Source: Okamejei kenojei
Lineage: Eukaryota
Length of the DNA: 64,000 bases
Assembly: GCA_035221665.1 (NCBI GenBank)
Contig: CM069143.1
Coordinates: 10,044,001-10,108,000, forward strand
Direction: 5' to 3'
Shown: positions 24,621-37,248 of the stretch, in pieces
Position numbering within the stretch: position 1 is the stretch's first letter
Layout of the letters: every line of letters starts with the position of its first letter
The notes under the pieces: generated by a model
The model's database searches: none
What the model was told of the DNA's origin: nothing
Seen by the model: only the letters and a program-made list of their open reading frames with translations
Made by a program: the position numbers and the translations under genes

Positions 24621-26530
24621 CTGCTGTAAGTTGTTTGGTCTCAAAGGAATGGATTGGTGATTTGGAAAGTGATGCTCTGATCATGTCTGCATTTGTTAAG
24701 TTATTCTTTGCAGCAGTTGGAAAGCAGATTACGAAGCAAATCACAAAAAAGGCAATGGGCAAATCTGTTTGTGCAGGATATAGACTTATTCAACAAAAAT
24801 AAAATATTTTTTTTGCCAAAACAAAAATCCTGTTCCACTATCCAGTTTCCTTCATTTGTTAATAGAGTTGGAGAATTAATCAGAGGAATGTTGTTGAGTT
24901 CATAAGTAGTGGATGTTAGCATTCCTCAACTAATGGCAGTTCCCAGCCTCACGCAAACACTTGGCTTTCTGCAAACTAAATTGAGTATTTTTCCTTATGT
25001 TCATTTAGATTTTTTAAATCTACTTTTATTTTCTGCTCCTTTATTTCAATTATATCCTCAGGTACATAAATGGAACAATTCTGACCAGGAATTCTTCTAG
25101 TTGCTGTTAATACTCTCAGAAGTTAAATATATAGTTTTAGTATTAGATTGATTTTTTTCCCTTGGAGCAAACAGAAATGAAGTTATGCTTGTAGTTTCAA
25201 TATATTGACATATCTTTTCCAAAAATATACCCATGACAAACAGGCAAAATGAACTAAATAGTTTTCTGTTTCAAAGTGGGTATTTTGCAGTTTCAGTTTT
25301 CTGTTAAACATGCCACTTCCAACTGGAAATGACCAGATAATTAACTAAAATAAACATGCAATTATTAAACATGCGGTTGCCAAGGAAATAAGTTCATTTA
25401 TTTTTTTTGTCATCTCTCTGAAAAAAGCAATTGTGTGAAAGCTTTGTTTACTGGAGCTTGCATGTTGAGGCTGCCAGTGTGAAAGGTGAAATGCACGTGA
25501 AATTTGACCAAATCTTCTGGTGCTGAAATGTGATGGAATGTTGATTAATGAGCGAGATAATAGACCCAAGAAATATGCAATAAGGCTGACAAAATGTTTT
25601 TGTGTGCGTGGGTGAGGAGGGCACTGTAATGAGCCTCAGGACCTTTGCATTATTAACCATTATTACTTAGCTCCTTTATGCTTTATAGTTGAATCACAGA
25701 AGCGGTGAAAAATAGCTTCCTGTAATAGTTTAATATTATAGGAAGTTTGACATTTGATTCATAGGTTCTCCAACTGGCCTGGAACTATAATATTGTACAT
25801 GCTTCATATGCAATTAAATTAGAGGCTAATATGTTGGACTGGCAACAGAATAACTGCCCTGAAAGTCATGTACATGCAGCATTCTATATCTGGTTACATC
25901 TTAGGAGTAAGTTTGACCAAATGCAATAGAACAACAAATCAGTGTCTTTTATTGGAGGGCACAATTGCCAGCAGATCGGAAATACTGATTGAAAATGATT
26001 AGAAGGTTAACCTGTTTTTATAAATCCATTGAAATCTAACTTGTGACAAGAGTAGACTTTACAGAATCTATCGTTTTTATTTTTTTCATTTGGAGATTTT
26101 CATTGAGGTATATTTGCTTTACAGATAGCCACCTGAGCCATTCATTTTTAGTGACAATCTTAACTTCCAGGTTCTCTCTGTCAAGTTTCACAATGGGATG
26201 CAGCAAACTATTCACAACCTCTGCCACTTTTCCTTAAACATCCAGTAGACACCACAGCAAATCAGATAGGGACTCTTCCTCTCTGGAGCGGCTTACAGCT
26301 TCTCATTTGCTGTGTATGAGCAGGTTGAAATAGCGAACTCAGGTGACTCAGGTAAACAAACCGACATCTATACTTAAGGTTACCAATTGACCCTGAGTTC
26401 TGAACCAATTGTGTCCATTGGACCAAAAATACCCACCAAGACCAATATTCAGATTTCCTTTTCATAATACTTTAAAGGACACTATTCCCTGAAATACAAT
26501 GTTCAATTATTTATTCAATGAATGCAATGT

Positions 26531-26830
26531 ACAGCGGAAATTTATAGCGCTGCTGCCTCAGAGCGCCAGAGACCTGGGTTTGATCCTGACCTCGAGTGCT
26601 GAATGTGTGGAGTTTGCACATTCTCCCTGCGACCGCTTGGGTTTCCTTCGTGCGAGTTTGTAGGTTAATCGGCGCCTGTAAATTGCCACTAGTGTGTAGC
26701 TAGTGTGTAGGGAGTGGATGAGAAAGTGGGATAATATAGACCTCGTGTGAACGGGTTATCGATGGTCGGAGTGGACTCTGTAGGCTGATGGACCTTTTTC
26801 CATGCTGTATCTCCAAAAATTAAAAACTAA
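26531..26830 (+). mobile_element. V-SINE
   Basis: gctgctgcctcagagcgccagagacctgggtttgatcctgacc head; tail ttccatgctgtatctccaaaaattaaaaact. Confidence 0.8.
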
Positions 26831-26964
26831 TTTCACATGTTGAACTGAACACTATAAGTAAATAAGAGTTATTTCTTATCTGGATTGTGAAATGGGCAGT
26901 AAGAAAACATTTTTATTAAAAATAAATGAATTATGTCTTGCCCTGCTGAAGAGGAAAGCTGTGC

Positions 26965-27300
26965 AGTTTAGTTTAGTTTGTTATTGTCATATATACCGAG
27001 GTACAGTGAAAAACATTTGTTTGTGTGCTATCAAAGAAAAGACTCTGCGTGGTTACAATCAAGCCACCCACAGTGCACAGATAAAGGGTGCAACATTTAG
27101 TGCAAGATATAACATTGAAGTCCAATAAAGTCCGATTCACAGATCTCCAATGAGGTAGATGGGAGGTTAGGACAGCACTGTAGCAGATGAGAGAAATGTT
27201 CCATTGAAAGCAGCACTAAAGAAACTGTCTCTGAATCTGGAAGTATGCTTTTTCAAACGTCTGTACTTCTCACCTGGTGGGAGGGAGAAGAAGGGGAAGT
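26965..27300 (-). mobile_element. Rex1-type LINE 3' fragment
   Basis: agtttagtttagtttgttattgtcatatataccgaggtacagtgaaaa tail; aagaaactgtctctgaatctgg (eroded RFRDSFF motif). Confidence 0.6.
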
Positions 27301-28714
27301 GAATAATGTAATTAGTTAGCATCATTAATACTTTGGAAGTTTAGATTTTTCAGTTTGTTGTAATTGTTTAATTATTCTATATAAATTGATGATAGAGTTT
27401 TAAAACAAATACTCGCAATTTGTTGCATCTTGTCATTGATTTCCAGCATTGGATTTGATCCCCAGATGCTTTCTAATGCTTAGATCAGCTAATAGAATGC
27501 AATATTGTTATTTCTGTCATTGACAGCTTTATAATTGTAACTTTCCAAAATATGGAGCAATCACGACTTCCCTGAATCGGATTTTGACAAATGTTCCCAT
27601 GTTCAATGATATTGATGAAACACTGTGCTACATAGATGTAACTTTCATGTATCTATCTTAGGGTTCATGCTAACATAACAGCTTTGAACTTTATCATTTG
27701 TTTAAGGCCCGTCAGTGGTCCACGAGCCCATGAATTATGGAAGATAATATCAATCATCTTCCCAGACCTCCTCCTGAACTTTTGGAATGTGCTAGTGTCT
27801 GTATGTGTGTGTAATCTATAAGGGCATGATCCTGATTTCCTCAATGAGTCACTGCTGTTGGCTCAGTTCACACTTGAAGAATGTCTGAGGTACCAGAAAA
27901 CTTATAAACTCAGCGAAAGAAAAGTTGTATTATATATGTCATGTCATTTAAATAATAAATAGTCCAGAAATAATAGAATAAATACATGAAGCATTAAAGC
28001 ACATTTTTTTTGCCTCTGACAATGGCAGCAGAAATACACGAAGGAAACTATAGATAAATTAGGTTCTCTTAATCAGGACTCAGTAAAAAGGATCATGTTT
28101 TGCATATCACAAATAAATTTGTTTCTAGTTAATGATGTAAAAATCTCCATCTAAAATTTTGAATTGCTCCATTAAGATCAGATTAGTGATCTTTATTTTT
28201 TTTGAAAGCTCAGTAAATAATGAATTCCAACACTTGCGGGTAATAGTAGCTACAGAAATTCAAACAAGAGCCGACAAATGTTACATCTGTTTACTATTAA
28301 GATTCAGAGATAATCAAAAAAGTATTTTTTTTCCCTGTAAAGGAACTTTTATAAAAATGGTCATTAATTTCGCTGTCTGGGAATTTTATGACAAAATAAA
28401 TAATGTAAAACACAGATGTGCAGTTTAAGTTTGGTTGACACTCATAGAGCCTTCCCTGATCACACTCGGCTGGCTGAAGGACTCAAGGGTGACTCTGGTG
28501 GTTGAGATTTTCTGTGAACCTGGATCAGGTGCAAAGCAGAAGGTGAATTTACCACAGGGTCATCTATGGTGCGAACTGACCTATTATCCATCTACTGTAG
28601 GTCTTCCAGATTCTGGATTAAACTTTCATCAAATCAATAATTATCTCTTTAGAAACTGTTTTCATTTTTTTATATACTTGCTTCTATTAATTTTAATTCC
28701 ATCAAAAATATAAA

Positions 28715-30590
28715 ACTTGATGCAGGGATAGCATGTTTGGTTCCTTATCTGTTCGTTATTCACTTTCTCCTATCTCCATATCTTCATATCTTGTGATCCT
28801 TTTACCATCCAAAGATCTGTCGAACTCGGGCTTGAATATACTCAGTGACTGAACATCCATGGCCTTCGATGGAAGAAGTTCTGAATATTTACAAATATGT
28901 GCTCAAAGAAATGTCATCATCTAAAAATACTGAGACCATGCCCTCTAGTCCTAGACTGGTGGAAGCTCCCTGTTAATCTTTCTCAGAATCTTGTAAGGAC
29001 TCAGTGAGATCATCTCATTCTTCTAAACATTAGTGAGTGTGTGCAATCTTCCACAGTCACCTCTCACTGGGCAATCCCCTCTTCCCAGGTTTCAAAATGG
29101 TGAGTATTTTTCCTTCACGAATCAAGAGCAAAACTTTTACCAACTACTACGGATGCACATAGAAAGTATACTGTGAAATAATAACTGCAGAAGAACTCCA
29201 GACGGCCTGTGGGCTGCTGTCATACCCCAGCAGCAGGCCTGGCTTGCCCGCCGTAGAACTGGGGAGGCCACCTGGAGTGGGAGCCTTGTCCGAAGCTTGT
29301 CTCTTGCAAACCGGGAAACCGAGAGTCGGAAGGTGGTGGGATTCGGCGATGGGGGCTGAGCTGGACAAAGGGCTGGTAAGCAGATACTATCTTCTACGCC
29401 CTCAAGGTTGGCTGTGAGAGCGCCCCCCAGGGCACGAAGGCTGAAAGCTGAGCGAGAGAGGGACGATGGTTCGCAAGCGATCTGGATGGTGAATGGAGGC
29501 GACGGCTGCAACGGGCCTGTTTGGCCAGCTGCGGCTGGGACTTTGAAAATGGCACCAAAAGCTGGCAACTCTAGCATATAGACTCAGTGGCCTGTTTATG
29601 AACATTTGGTACTTATGGCAATAATCTTATTGTTCTGTATGCAAAACAAAATTTCACTATACCTTGGTACGCGTGATAATAAAAAGAACCATCAAACTAT
29701 TCAGGTTGCATCTCAGCTTAGTTTGGGAACAGCTCTGCCCAAGACAGCAAGGAATTACAGAGAGTTATGGATGCAGCTCAGTCCATCACACAGACTTCCC
29801 ACCATTGACTCCATCTATACTTCATGATGCCTCGGAAGAGCAGCCAATGTAATCAAACACTGGTCCTACCGTATCATTCCTCCTTTTCCCTGCTCCCATC
29901 TGGCAGAAGGTACAGAAACATGGAAGTAGCTCCACGGGAGCAGCTTCTTCCCCTCTGTTATCTCTGATCACTCCTTCTTAGTAAACACCAGTTGTTGCCC
30001 ACTTGCTTAAATCTCTGTATCACTTCCAGATTATTTGCATCTTTTTCATTTCCCTCCATAGTGTATCATCAGCAAACTTAGATGTATTAGGTCAGTTTCT
30101 TCACCCAAGCTATTAATGTAAATTTGAATGGTCAAGGACCCAGGAGTGATCCTTTATCTCTGTCTCTTAGCAATCGCCTATCAATCTGAAAATGACCAAT
30201 TATATACCTGTGTCCTAATTTAACCAAAGTTTTATTAATGCTAATATGTTATCTCAAGTCCTTTGAGGCTTTATCTGTGTAACAACTGTCTGTTCAACAT
30301 ATTTTTAAAACATCTTGAATATCCACTGGTTCCTCTTTTTTCTGTCCTGGTGGTTATATTTTCAAACGAAAATTCCATTAGATTTTGCAAACACTATTTT
30401 TCTTCATAAAAACAAATTGCCTCTATTATGATTTCATAACTGTCGTGTTACTACCTCCTTAGTGATGGATTCTGGCATTTTGCTGATTCAGATATGAGAC
30501 TAACTGGTCTATTACTCCCTGTTGCTTTTCCTCCCTCTTTTCTTAAATAATAATGTTACGATGGCTACTTTCCAATTTGCTGCGACTCTT
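28715..30590 (-). mobile_element. Ancient CR1 fragment(s) interrupted by younger insertions
   Basis: Eroded CR1 motifs gtgtatcatcagcaaactta (K-F-A-D-D-T on minus strand, about 30062-30079), cttgaatatactcagtgact, actaactggtctatta. Confidence 0.55.
29130..29962 (+). mobile_element. Rex1/Babar 3' fragment split by a GC-rich retroposon (about 29176-29700)
   Basis: NYYGCT*ESIL-like segment at 29140-29174 resumes as GCISA*FGNSSAQD...LPSGRRYR at 29704-29917; insert ends tttcactataccttggtacgcgtgataataaa. Confidence 0.65.
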
Positions 30591-31295
30591 CCAGCAATTT
30601 TGTGTGAAGTTACCAGTCATTCTAGATTGCCAGCTTTGAAAAAAAAATCAATGATATTGCTGCAGGAAATCAAGTACAAAGATAGCAAGTCTTTTTTATA
30701 TGTAATGAATACCGCTTAAAAAGATATTAGTAATATTCCTGATCAGCAGTTCTCCTATTTATTGGCAGTGATAATAGCAATATTTTATTTCAGTATTTAT
30801 CCATGATATCTTATGTTTGTGGATAGACCTATCTACAATATTCAGAAACAAGTATGTCCTTTATTTTGCCATATCTATACTCAAAGCCAACTTGGAGTAA
30901 GGTAGAATTACAACATCTCAGCCTAGGGAACATTGATTGTAGAAAACATGCGTAATAACCATTGATTGTGCGACCATGGGATTTACTGAGTGTAGACTTG
31001 CGGTATTCCAAAGATCATGTTTTTTTCAGAACTTTCTAATTTTTTTTGGCATTAAAGACCTATCATTACAGCAAATCATTTGACGTTGTTGTCAGTCTCA
31101 TCTTATAGAATTTCCTGATGAACTCATAATCGGAAGACTGTGAGTTAAAGTTGAGTTTATAATCTGGCCTCTTGAATAGCAGCTGCATTGTCTGCGAGAG
31201 CCCATTTAAAACGCAACCTAAAACCAAGGTTGGGAAGAGCCTCCCATAGTCCTGGATGACAATAGTGCCACAAATGTTAACTGCTATCGCATTAT

Positions 31296-31462
31296 AGACA
31301 CGAAGTGCTAGAATAACTCAACGGGTCAGGCATCATCTCTGGAGAAAAGGGAAGGGTGGCATTTCGGGCTGGGACCCTTCTTCAGATGCTGCCCGACCCT
31401 CTGAGTTATGCCAGCACTTTGTGTCTTTCTTTGATATAAACCAGCATCTGCAGTTTCTTTCA
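31296..31462. mobile_element. Fold-back Penelope-like hammerhead repeat
   Basis: Minus arm ends catttcgggctgggacccttcttcaga (31386), plus arm gatgctgcccgaccctctgagttatgccagcactttgtgtc...cagcatctgcagtttctt. Confidence 0.7.
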
Positions 31463-33992
31463 ACACCTGCTATCTCATTGCCATTTGTATGATCTTGCAA
31501 GTAGACAGTTGGGCATGTCCACAAATCAACAATGATGCTTAAAGAGGTTCCGCAGTACAAAAGTTGTTGTATTAAAACCTTAATGCTACATAGAACCTTG
31601 ATATATAGTTACATACGAGCAAAATTCATTCACTGAGAAAAAACTGAGGATGAATGGTCCTCAGAAACATAGAATCAAAATTTAAATATATCATCACCAC
31701 TTCACCTGCAAACTTCAACAGTCCAACAAATTTTAAAGAATATTTTAGGTTTCAATCAGTTTATTTAAAATCCATGGAGAGTTCTTATATTTAATATTAA
31801 TCTTTCTTCCGATTCAGTGATGAATATGTGTGCAGTTAAAAAATCAGTTCCAAGGCATCTTGTATGTTATTGTGTATATAATATTCAGAGCAAATTGAAA
31901 CCCTATAATTAAAGCAGATTATATCAACTAATAATTGGATTATTCTTTTCTCAGTATATGCACTTTTGAGAGTTTAAATGCTGCACAAAGAAGCATTATA
32001 TCCTTTTTGTAAAGAGGAAAACCGTAAGAACCTCTTATAATAAAAGCAGGAAAGTACCAAAACTTAAAAAAATAGAATTTGGTTGTAAAAATCATGACAA
32101 GACCCATGGTTTTCTGCCTCTTTCAGATTTTCAGCATCTCATGTTAATTGATATTCACCTAGAGTTTTATCAGTGTTTTGAGGGCTCTGAAAGATTATGG
32201 TAATCAATTGCACTCTGAGGGTATATGAGGTTGTGGGGAGTGTGGATTGAGTACAAAATATGAGGGTTGGAAAAGAGACAGAAACGTCATGCTGGTGATC
32301 GAGAGGGTGGGAAGTAACAGTGTGTGGAAAAATGAAAAGGGAGAAAGGAAGAGTAAGAAGGAAAAATAGAATAGTGAAGAGAGAGATGTGGGGAGAAAAA
32401 GAGAGGAAGTCAGATCACCAATAAAACATGAGTGTGAATGAACTTGCAATTGTTGGAGATGGATGGTGCCTTGTAAGACCATTCACATTGGCTCAAACGA
32501 CAGATACAGCAAACCTGAATATATATGTAGAATATCTATGCAGGAGAATCAAAGTTAGCTTTCAGGCTTTAGACTCTTCAAAGTGAAGAATTAAATGCTT
32601 CTCCCTTCACAGGAGATAACTGACGTTGAGCATTTCCAGTTCACAGTTATTTTGGTTATCTAGCCAGAGGCACTCTATTCCTGTTAATCTAAAGCAATCC
32701 TATGCTCAAGAAGAATTCAAGAATTCCAGTAATTCAATTAAGCCACCTCCTGTTGCACACACTGTGGTTTCAAATCCTTAAGTCTCTTTAAATTAAAACC
32801 AATAACTAGACCTCATCACCATTATTTGTGAAAACCACATCTCATTCATACCTATTTTGGTGATATGGTGTAACTTGCTCCATCTCTGAGGTTGATTGGG
32901 CAAGTTATTGTATTGTCTTTCCGCTGACTGGTTAGCATGTAACAAAATATTTTCACTGTACCTCGGTACACGTGACAATAAGCTAAACTAAACTAAAGAT
33001 ATGAGTGTGTAGGAAGGAACTGCAACCGAAGATAGACATAAAATGTTGGAGCAACTCAGCCTGTCCCGCTGAGTTACTCGAACATTTTTGATTCTATGAA
33101 AGAGACTCGTAGATGAGCTGACTGCAATAGTAAACAATTATTCTTGATATCCTTAAACCTTCAAAACTTATTGAGTTTCATTGTGAGGGATTTTCAACCT
33201 CTAGTTGTGTGCGTCTCTCCCAGAATATCCACAATGGGCTTAACTTTATGATCTAATTTGGCCATCTGCTACAGTTATCTGCCAGGCTTTCACATGGCAA
33301 CTCAACATTCTTGCCCAGTGAGTCAGGAACCTGTTTACATATGCAAGCTGTGGATTGATGGCACTTGTAGGATCCTAATTGCAATTGTCATGGAGAAATG
33401 GACGGAGCATGCAAATTGGCTGCAAATTCCATTTTTCCCAGTTGTTGAGAGGCCGAACCATGGAATAATTGGAACATTGCAAATTGCCCTGATAAAGTAA
33501 GTTGGGATCCTCAGTGCCTGTGGAAGATGCTTCCCCTTTGCAGCTTAATTTCATTTTATTGTCTTTTTTAAAAATAAATTAAATTTAATTTAATACTTAC
33601 ATGAAGTCGGACAAATGCTTCTCCAATTTCTGCAATCACATTCCAGCTTATTTTCACCCCCCAGGATTCATGCCTTCCTCCTACTCACTTATCAACAACT
33701 GCCATTGGATCTGTAAAGGGATTGCCCCATTTTGCGTCACATTCAGCTGGTAAACTGCAACAGACCTTTATTCGCGGGCAGCAGCTGCCAGTAAATTTCA
33801 GACAGTCCATGCTCGGCAATGGTGCAGGTTCTATTGTGGAACTTGTGGGTTCACCTCTGATGATGGGCTGGTGCTGAAATGTCTTAAATTAACCAAATGA
33901 TCACATTAAAAAAAAGACATTTACTGTTTATAAACTAGGAATTATATAATTGTTCTCTAAAAGAATTAGAATTGAGCAAAATAAAATAGTAA

Positions 33993-36142
33993 TGGCCCTG
34001 TCTCACGGTGCGAGTTGACCCACGAGGTACCCCGAGTGACAGACTCGTGGTTGTGTACGAGACTTCAAGTTTATGATCAAGTGTGTAACCGAGTTCCCAC
34101 GGGTATGTCATTTCTGCGATGCTCCAACTTCCTCTCCCGAGTTACCAAGTTCCTCTCCCATTACTCTTGAGCCAACCGTGAATGAAGGTATGTTTTAATA
34201 AAGCAACAATGTTAAAATACATCTCCATCCTGTGGCTTTGAGTTATTTCAGCGCGGCCGCATCTATTGATATGACCTACAAAGGGAAAATGCGCATCCTC
34301 CAGTAACCAATAACGTGGTAAGTGCATTTCTTGTTGTTTTATGTTTTTAAATACTGTCTTTCCCGGGGTGGGGGGAGAGCTCAGTTCATAGTATTTGGGG
34401 AGTTTGGCGTTGTGAAGGAGGGGATTGGGGTCAGTAACCCACTTGCCGCGCTCCGGTCTGAGTGCAGGTAGATGGGACTAGGTGAGTAGTGTTCAGCACG
34501 GAGTAAAAGGGCAGTGATGGCCTGTTTCCGTGCTGTCATTGCTGTATGGTTTTATTGTGGCCGGGGAGTGAATTTGCTTGGGTGGCAGCCGCAGCGCTCC
34601 GGGCACGGACAGCAGAACTGGCCGCCACTTCCGAGGAAGGAAGCAGCTCGGGTGACGGACATTGAGCGGNNNNNNNNNNNNNNNNNNNNNNNNNNNNNNN
34701 NNNNNNNNNNNNNNNNNNNNNNNNNNNNNNNNNNNNNNNNNNNNNNNNNNNNNNNNNNNNNNNNNNNNNNNNNNNNNNNNNNNNNNNNNNNNNNNNNNNN
34801 NNNNNNNNNCCACTTCAGAGGAAGGAAGCAGCTCGGGTGACTGACTTTGAGCGGCCGCCGGGACCCGACAGCAGGCACACACACAGATACACANNNNNNN
34901 NNNNNNNNNNNNNNNNNNNNNNNNNNNNNNNNNNNNNNNNNNNNNNNNNNNNNNNNNNNNNNNNNNNNNNNNNNNNNNNNNNNNNNNNNNNNNNNNNNNN
35001 NNNNNNNNNNNNNNNNNNNNNNNNNCTTCAGCAGCTCGGGTGACTGACTTTGANNNNNNNNNNNNNNNNNNNNNNNNNNNNNNNNNNNNNNNNNNNNNNN
35101 NNNNNNNNNNNNNNNNNNNNNNNNNNNNNNNNNNNNNNNNNNNNNNNNNNNNNNNNNNNNNNNNNNNNNNNNNNNNNNNNNNNNNNNNNNNNNNNNNNNN
35201 NNNNNNNNNNNNNNNNNNNNNNNNNNNNNNNNNNNNNNNNNNNNNNNNNNNNNNNNNNNNNNNNNNNNNNNNNNNNNNNNNNNNNNNNNNNNNNNNNNNN
35301 NNNNCCCTTCTTCAGACAATCCAATGTCCCATAATATATTCTTTAAATATTAAGTTTTCTGTTGAAAGTGTGGTGCCGTGGTTACGGGTGGTCGGAAGGA
35401 AGATGATGAGGTCTGGTACAAGTTTACTTTGTTTTCAGTAATCAGGCCTCTGTGTTGGCCGATGTCTGGTTGATCGAGCGTTCATACAGTTGCGAGCGAG
35501 CGAGGTCCATTTATAGGAGCAAGGAACGCGAAGCCTCTGAGGGTTCATTGTTCCCCTGGTTTGGATTGCTCCCAGGAGAGCGGGCACAAAGACAAATTTA
35601 GGCATTTTTCTGTGGAAGGGGGAGGGCAGTATAGAATCGAAAGCATTGTAACAGCAGCACTCTCCCCAACACGAAACACAGCGCAGCGTAAACAATTAAA
35701 CAGCTTCACTTTTAAAAGCAAAGACACACGTTAAATTACATGGCCCCAAGAAATCGCCTCTCAATTGCTTCAGGGTTGGAATTGAAATATATATAATATA
35801 TATAATATGTATATACATATTATACTACTTTGGTTCAGTCCCTTTCAGATTATAAAAAAGTTCCCACGATAGACTCACGAGACACTAAGGTAAACGCACG
35901 GGCCATTACGTTACTGCAACGAGTTTAAATGTTTCCATTTTTAATTTGACTCGTGGAAAAAATCAAACATGTTTGATTTTTTTCACGAGTTAACAAGTTT
36001 CCCGAGTACCTGCCGTTAGCGCCACGAGTGGACAAGTTGAACGCGCGATTTCCGACGTTGCCGCTACGTTCATCGTACGTGACCACCACGAGTGAAAACT
36101 CGGGGTCACTCGTGGGCCAACTCGCACTGTGAGACAGGGGTT
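33993..36142. mobile_element. Non-autonomous PIF/Harbinger-like element (contains assembly gaps)
   Basis: Imperfect TIR of about 45 bp ccctgtctcacggtgcgagttgacccacgag / ctcgtgggccaactcgcactgtgagacaggg; 3-bp TAA TSD at 33990-33992 and 36143-36145; repeated cacgag/ctcgtg subterminal motifs. Confidence 0.8.
34620..35053. repeat. GC-rich tandem repeat broken by N gaps
   Basis: Unit containing gcagctcgggtgac(t/g)gac(t/a)ttga seen three times (about 34643, 34828, 35031). Confidence 0.6.
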
Positions 36143-36362
36143 TAAGATTAAATGAGAACTTACCAGTTTGAAGTTTGATCTTTATTTTATGAGGAGGTAC
36201 GATGAGGAATTATGTGAAGAAGCCCCGCCAGGCGCATGTGCGTCATACTTCAAAGTAGCGGCGTGAAAACACAGAAACTATAGTCGAAGTGATATAGTAA
36301 GACTCAGAAGACTAGAACTACCAGATGTTCTTTGCGATTATGAGGGCCGGGACCGGAGGGCA

Positions 36363-36473
36363 CGTAATCCCTCATCGTAACTCCTCATAAAATAAAGATC
36401 AAACTACAAACTGGTAAGTTCTCATTTAATCTTACTATTTTACTTCGGAGTCACGTGAGTGACTACGTGAAGA
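36363..36473. repeat. DIRS internal complementary region (circle-junction template)
   Basis: ...gttctcatttaatctta|ctattttacttcggagtcacgtgagtgactacgtgaaga; junction at 36434/36435; left part complements 36143-36213, right part complements 39906-39944. Confidence 0.95.
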
Positions 36474-36669
36474 TTTCAAAGCTCTGTGATTTCATGCCAT
36501 AGATCCATTCCATATGACACACTGCTTCAGTTGACGCAGTAGTGAATAAATAATGTATTGAACATTGCTTCGAATTATCCAGTAATCATTTTTAATAATA
36601 ACAAACAAACAGTAATGACCCCTCTGTCCCAGGGGGAAATTTACAAATGAAATTTAGAAAGAAAAGAAA

Positions 36670-37046
36670 TCAAACCAAACCCAAAACAGCATGCCCAAAA
36701 TCTTGTACTGTCAAGACAGGTTTATCATAAAATCTGGAGAAGGTCGCCTCCTTAGACCATCCTGCGGCCCCGAGGATTTGGTCTAGAGGCACGTCCTGTG
36801 CCTTCGCTGCGGATGTTGATGCCGCCCGGGTGGAGTGAGTGTCTACTCCAGCACAATCCAAAACCTGTTTTAACCATCTAGAAATAGTTTGTACTGACAC
36901 CTTTTTATGCGTTTTTTTGTGGCTGATGAGCATTGTTGTCTCAGAGCCTCTGAGACTCATAGTTATCTCGATATATTGACTCAGGTGCCTGACTACACAT
37001 AATGTTTGATCAACGGGGTATGCTTTAAAGCTTACTTTGGTACCAG
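36670..37046 (-). pseudogene. DIRS tyrosine recombinase C-terminal part
   Basis: TISRWLKQVL..AGVDT-HSTRAASTSAA...ILGAAGWSKEATFSRFYDKP (H-x-x-R, W and Y catalytic motifs). Confidence 0.9.
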
Positions 37047-37047
37047 A

Positions 37048-37245
37048 CTGTTCCAAGGGCTTGGATTGTCGAGTAGGACCATGGATGTGATAACTGCAGC
37101 TTGGAGATATAGCACTAAAAAACAATATGTGTCATATTAAGAAATGGGAGATGTTTTGCTTGCAGTCAGATATATCTTATCATACTGCAAGCATACTGGA
37201 TGTATTGGAGTTCCTTGCTACATTGCATTTTGAGCAGGTCCTCGC
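37048..37245 (+). pseudogene. Inverted fragment of DIRS recombinase N-terminal domain
   Basis: Plus strand reads GLSSRTMDVITAAWRYSTKKQY, then after a frameshift IKKWEMFC...ASILDVLEFLATLH; opposite orientation to the rest of the element. Confidence 0.8.
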
Positions 37246-37248
37246 CAA

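Noticed and set aside
34620-35053. Repeat units separated by gaps, superficially CRISPR-like
   Set aside because: Eukaryotic context, no cas genes, intervening sequence is unresolved Ns; best read as a tandem repeat.
34493-35441. Long ORFs through N runs (also 53438-53843)
   Set aside because: Artefacts of assembly gaps.
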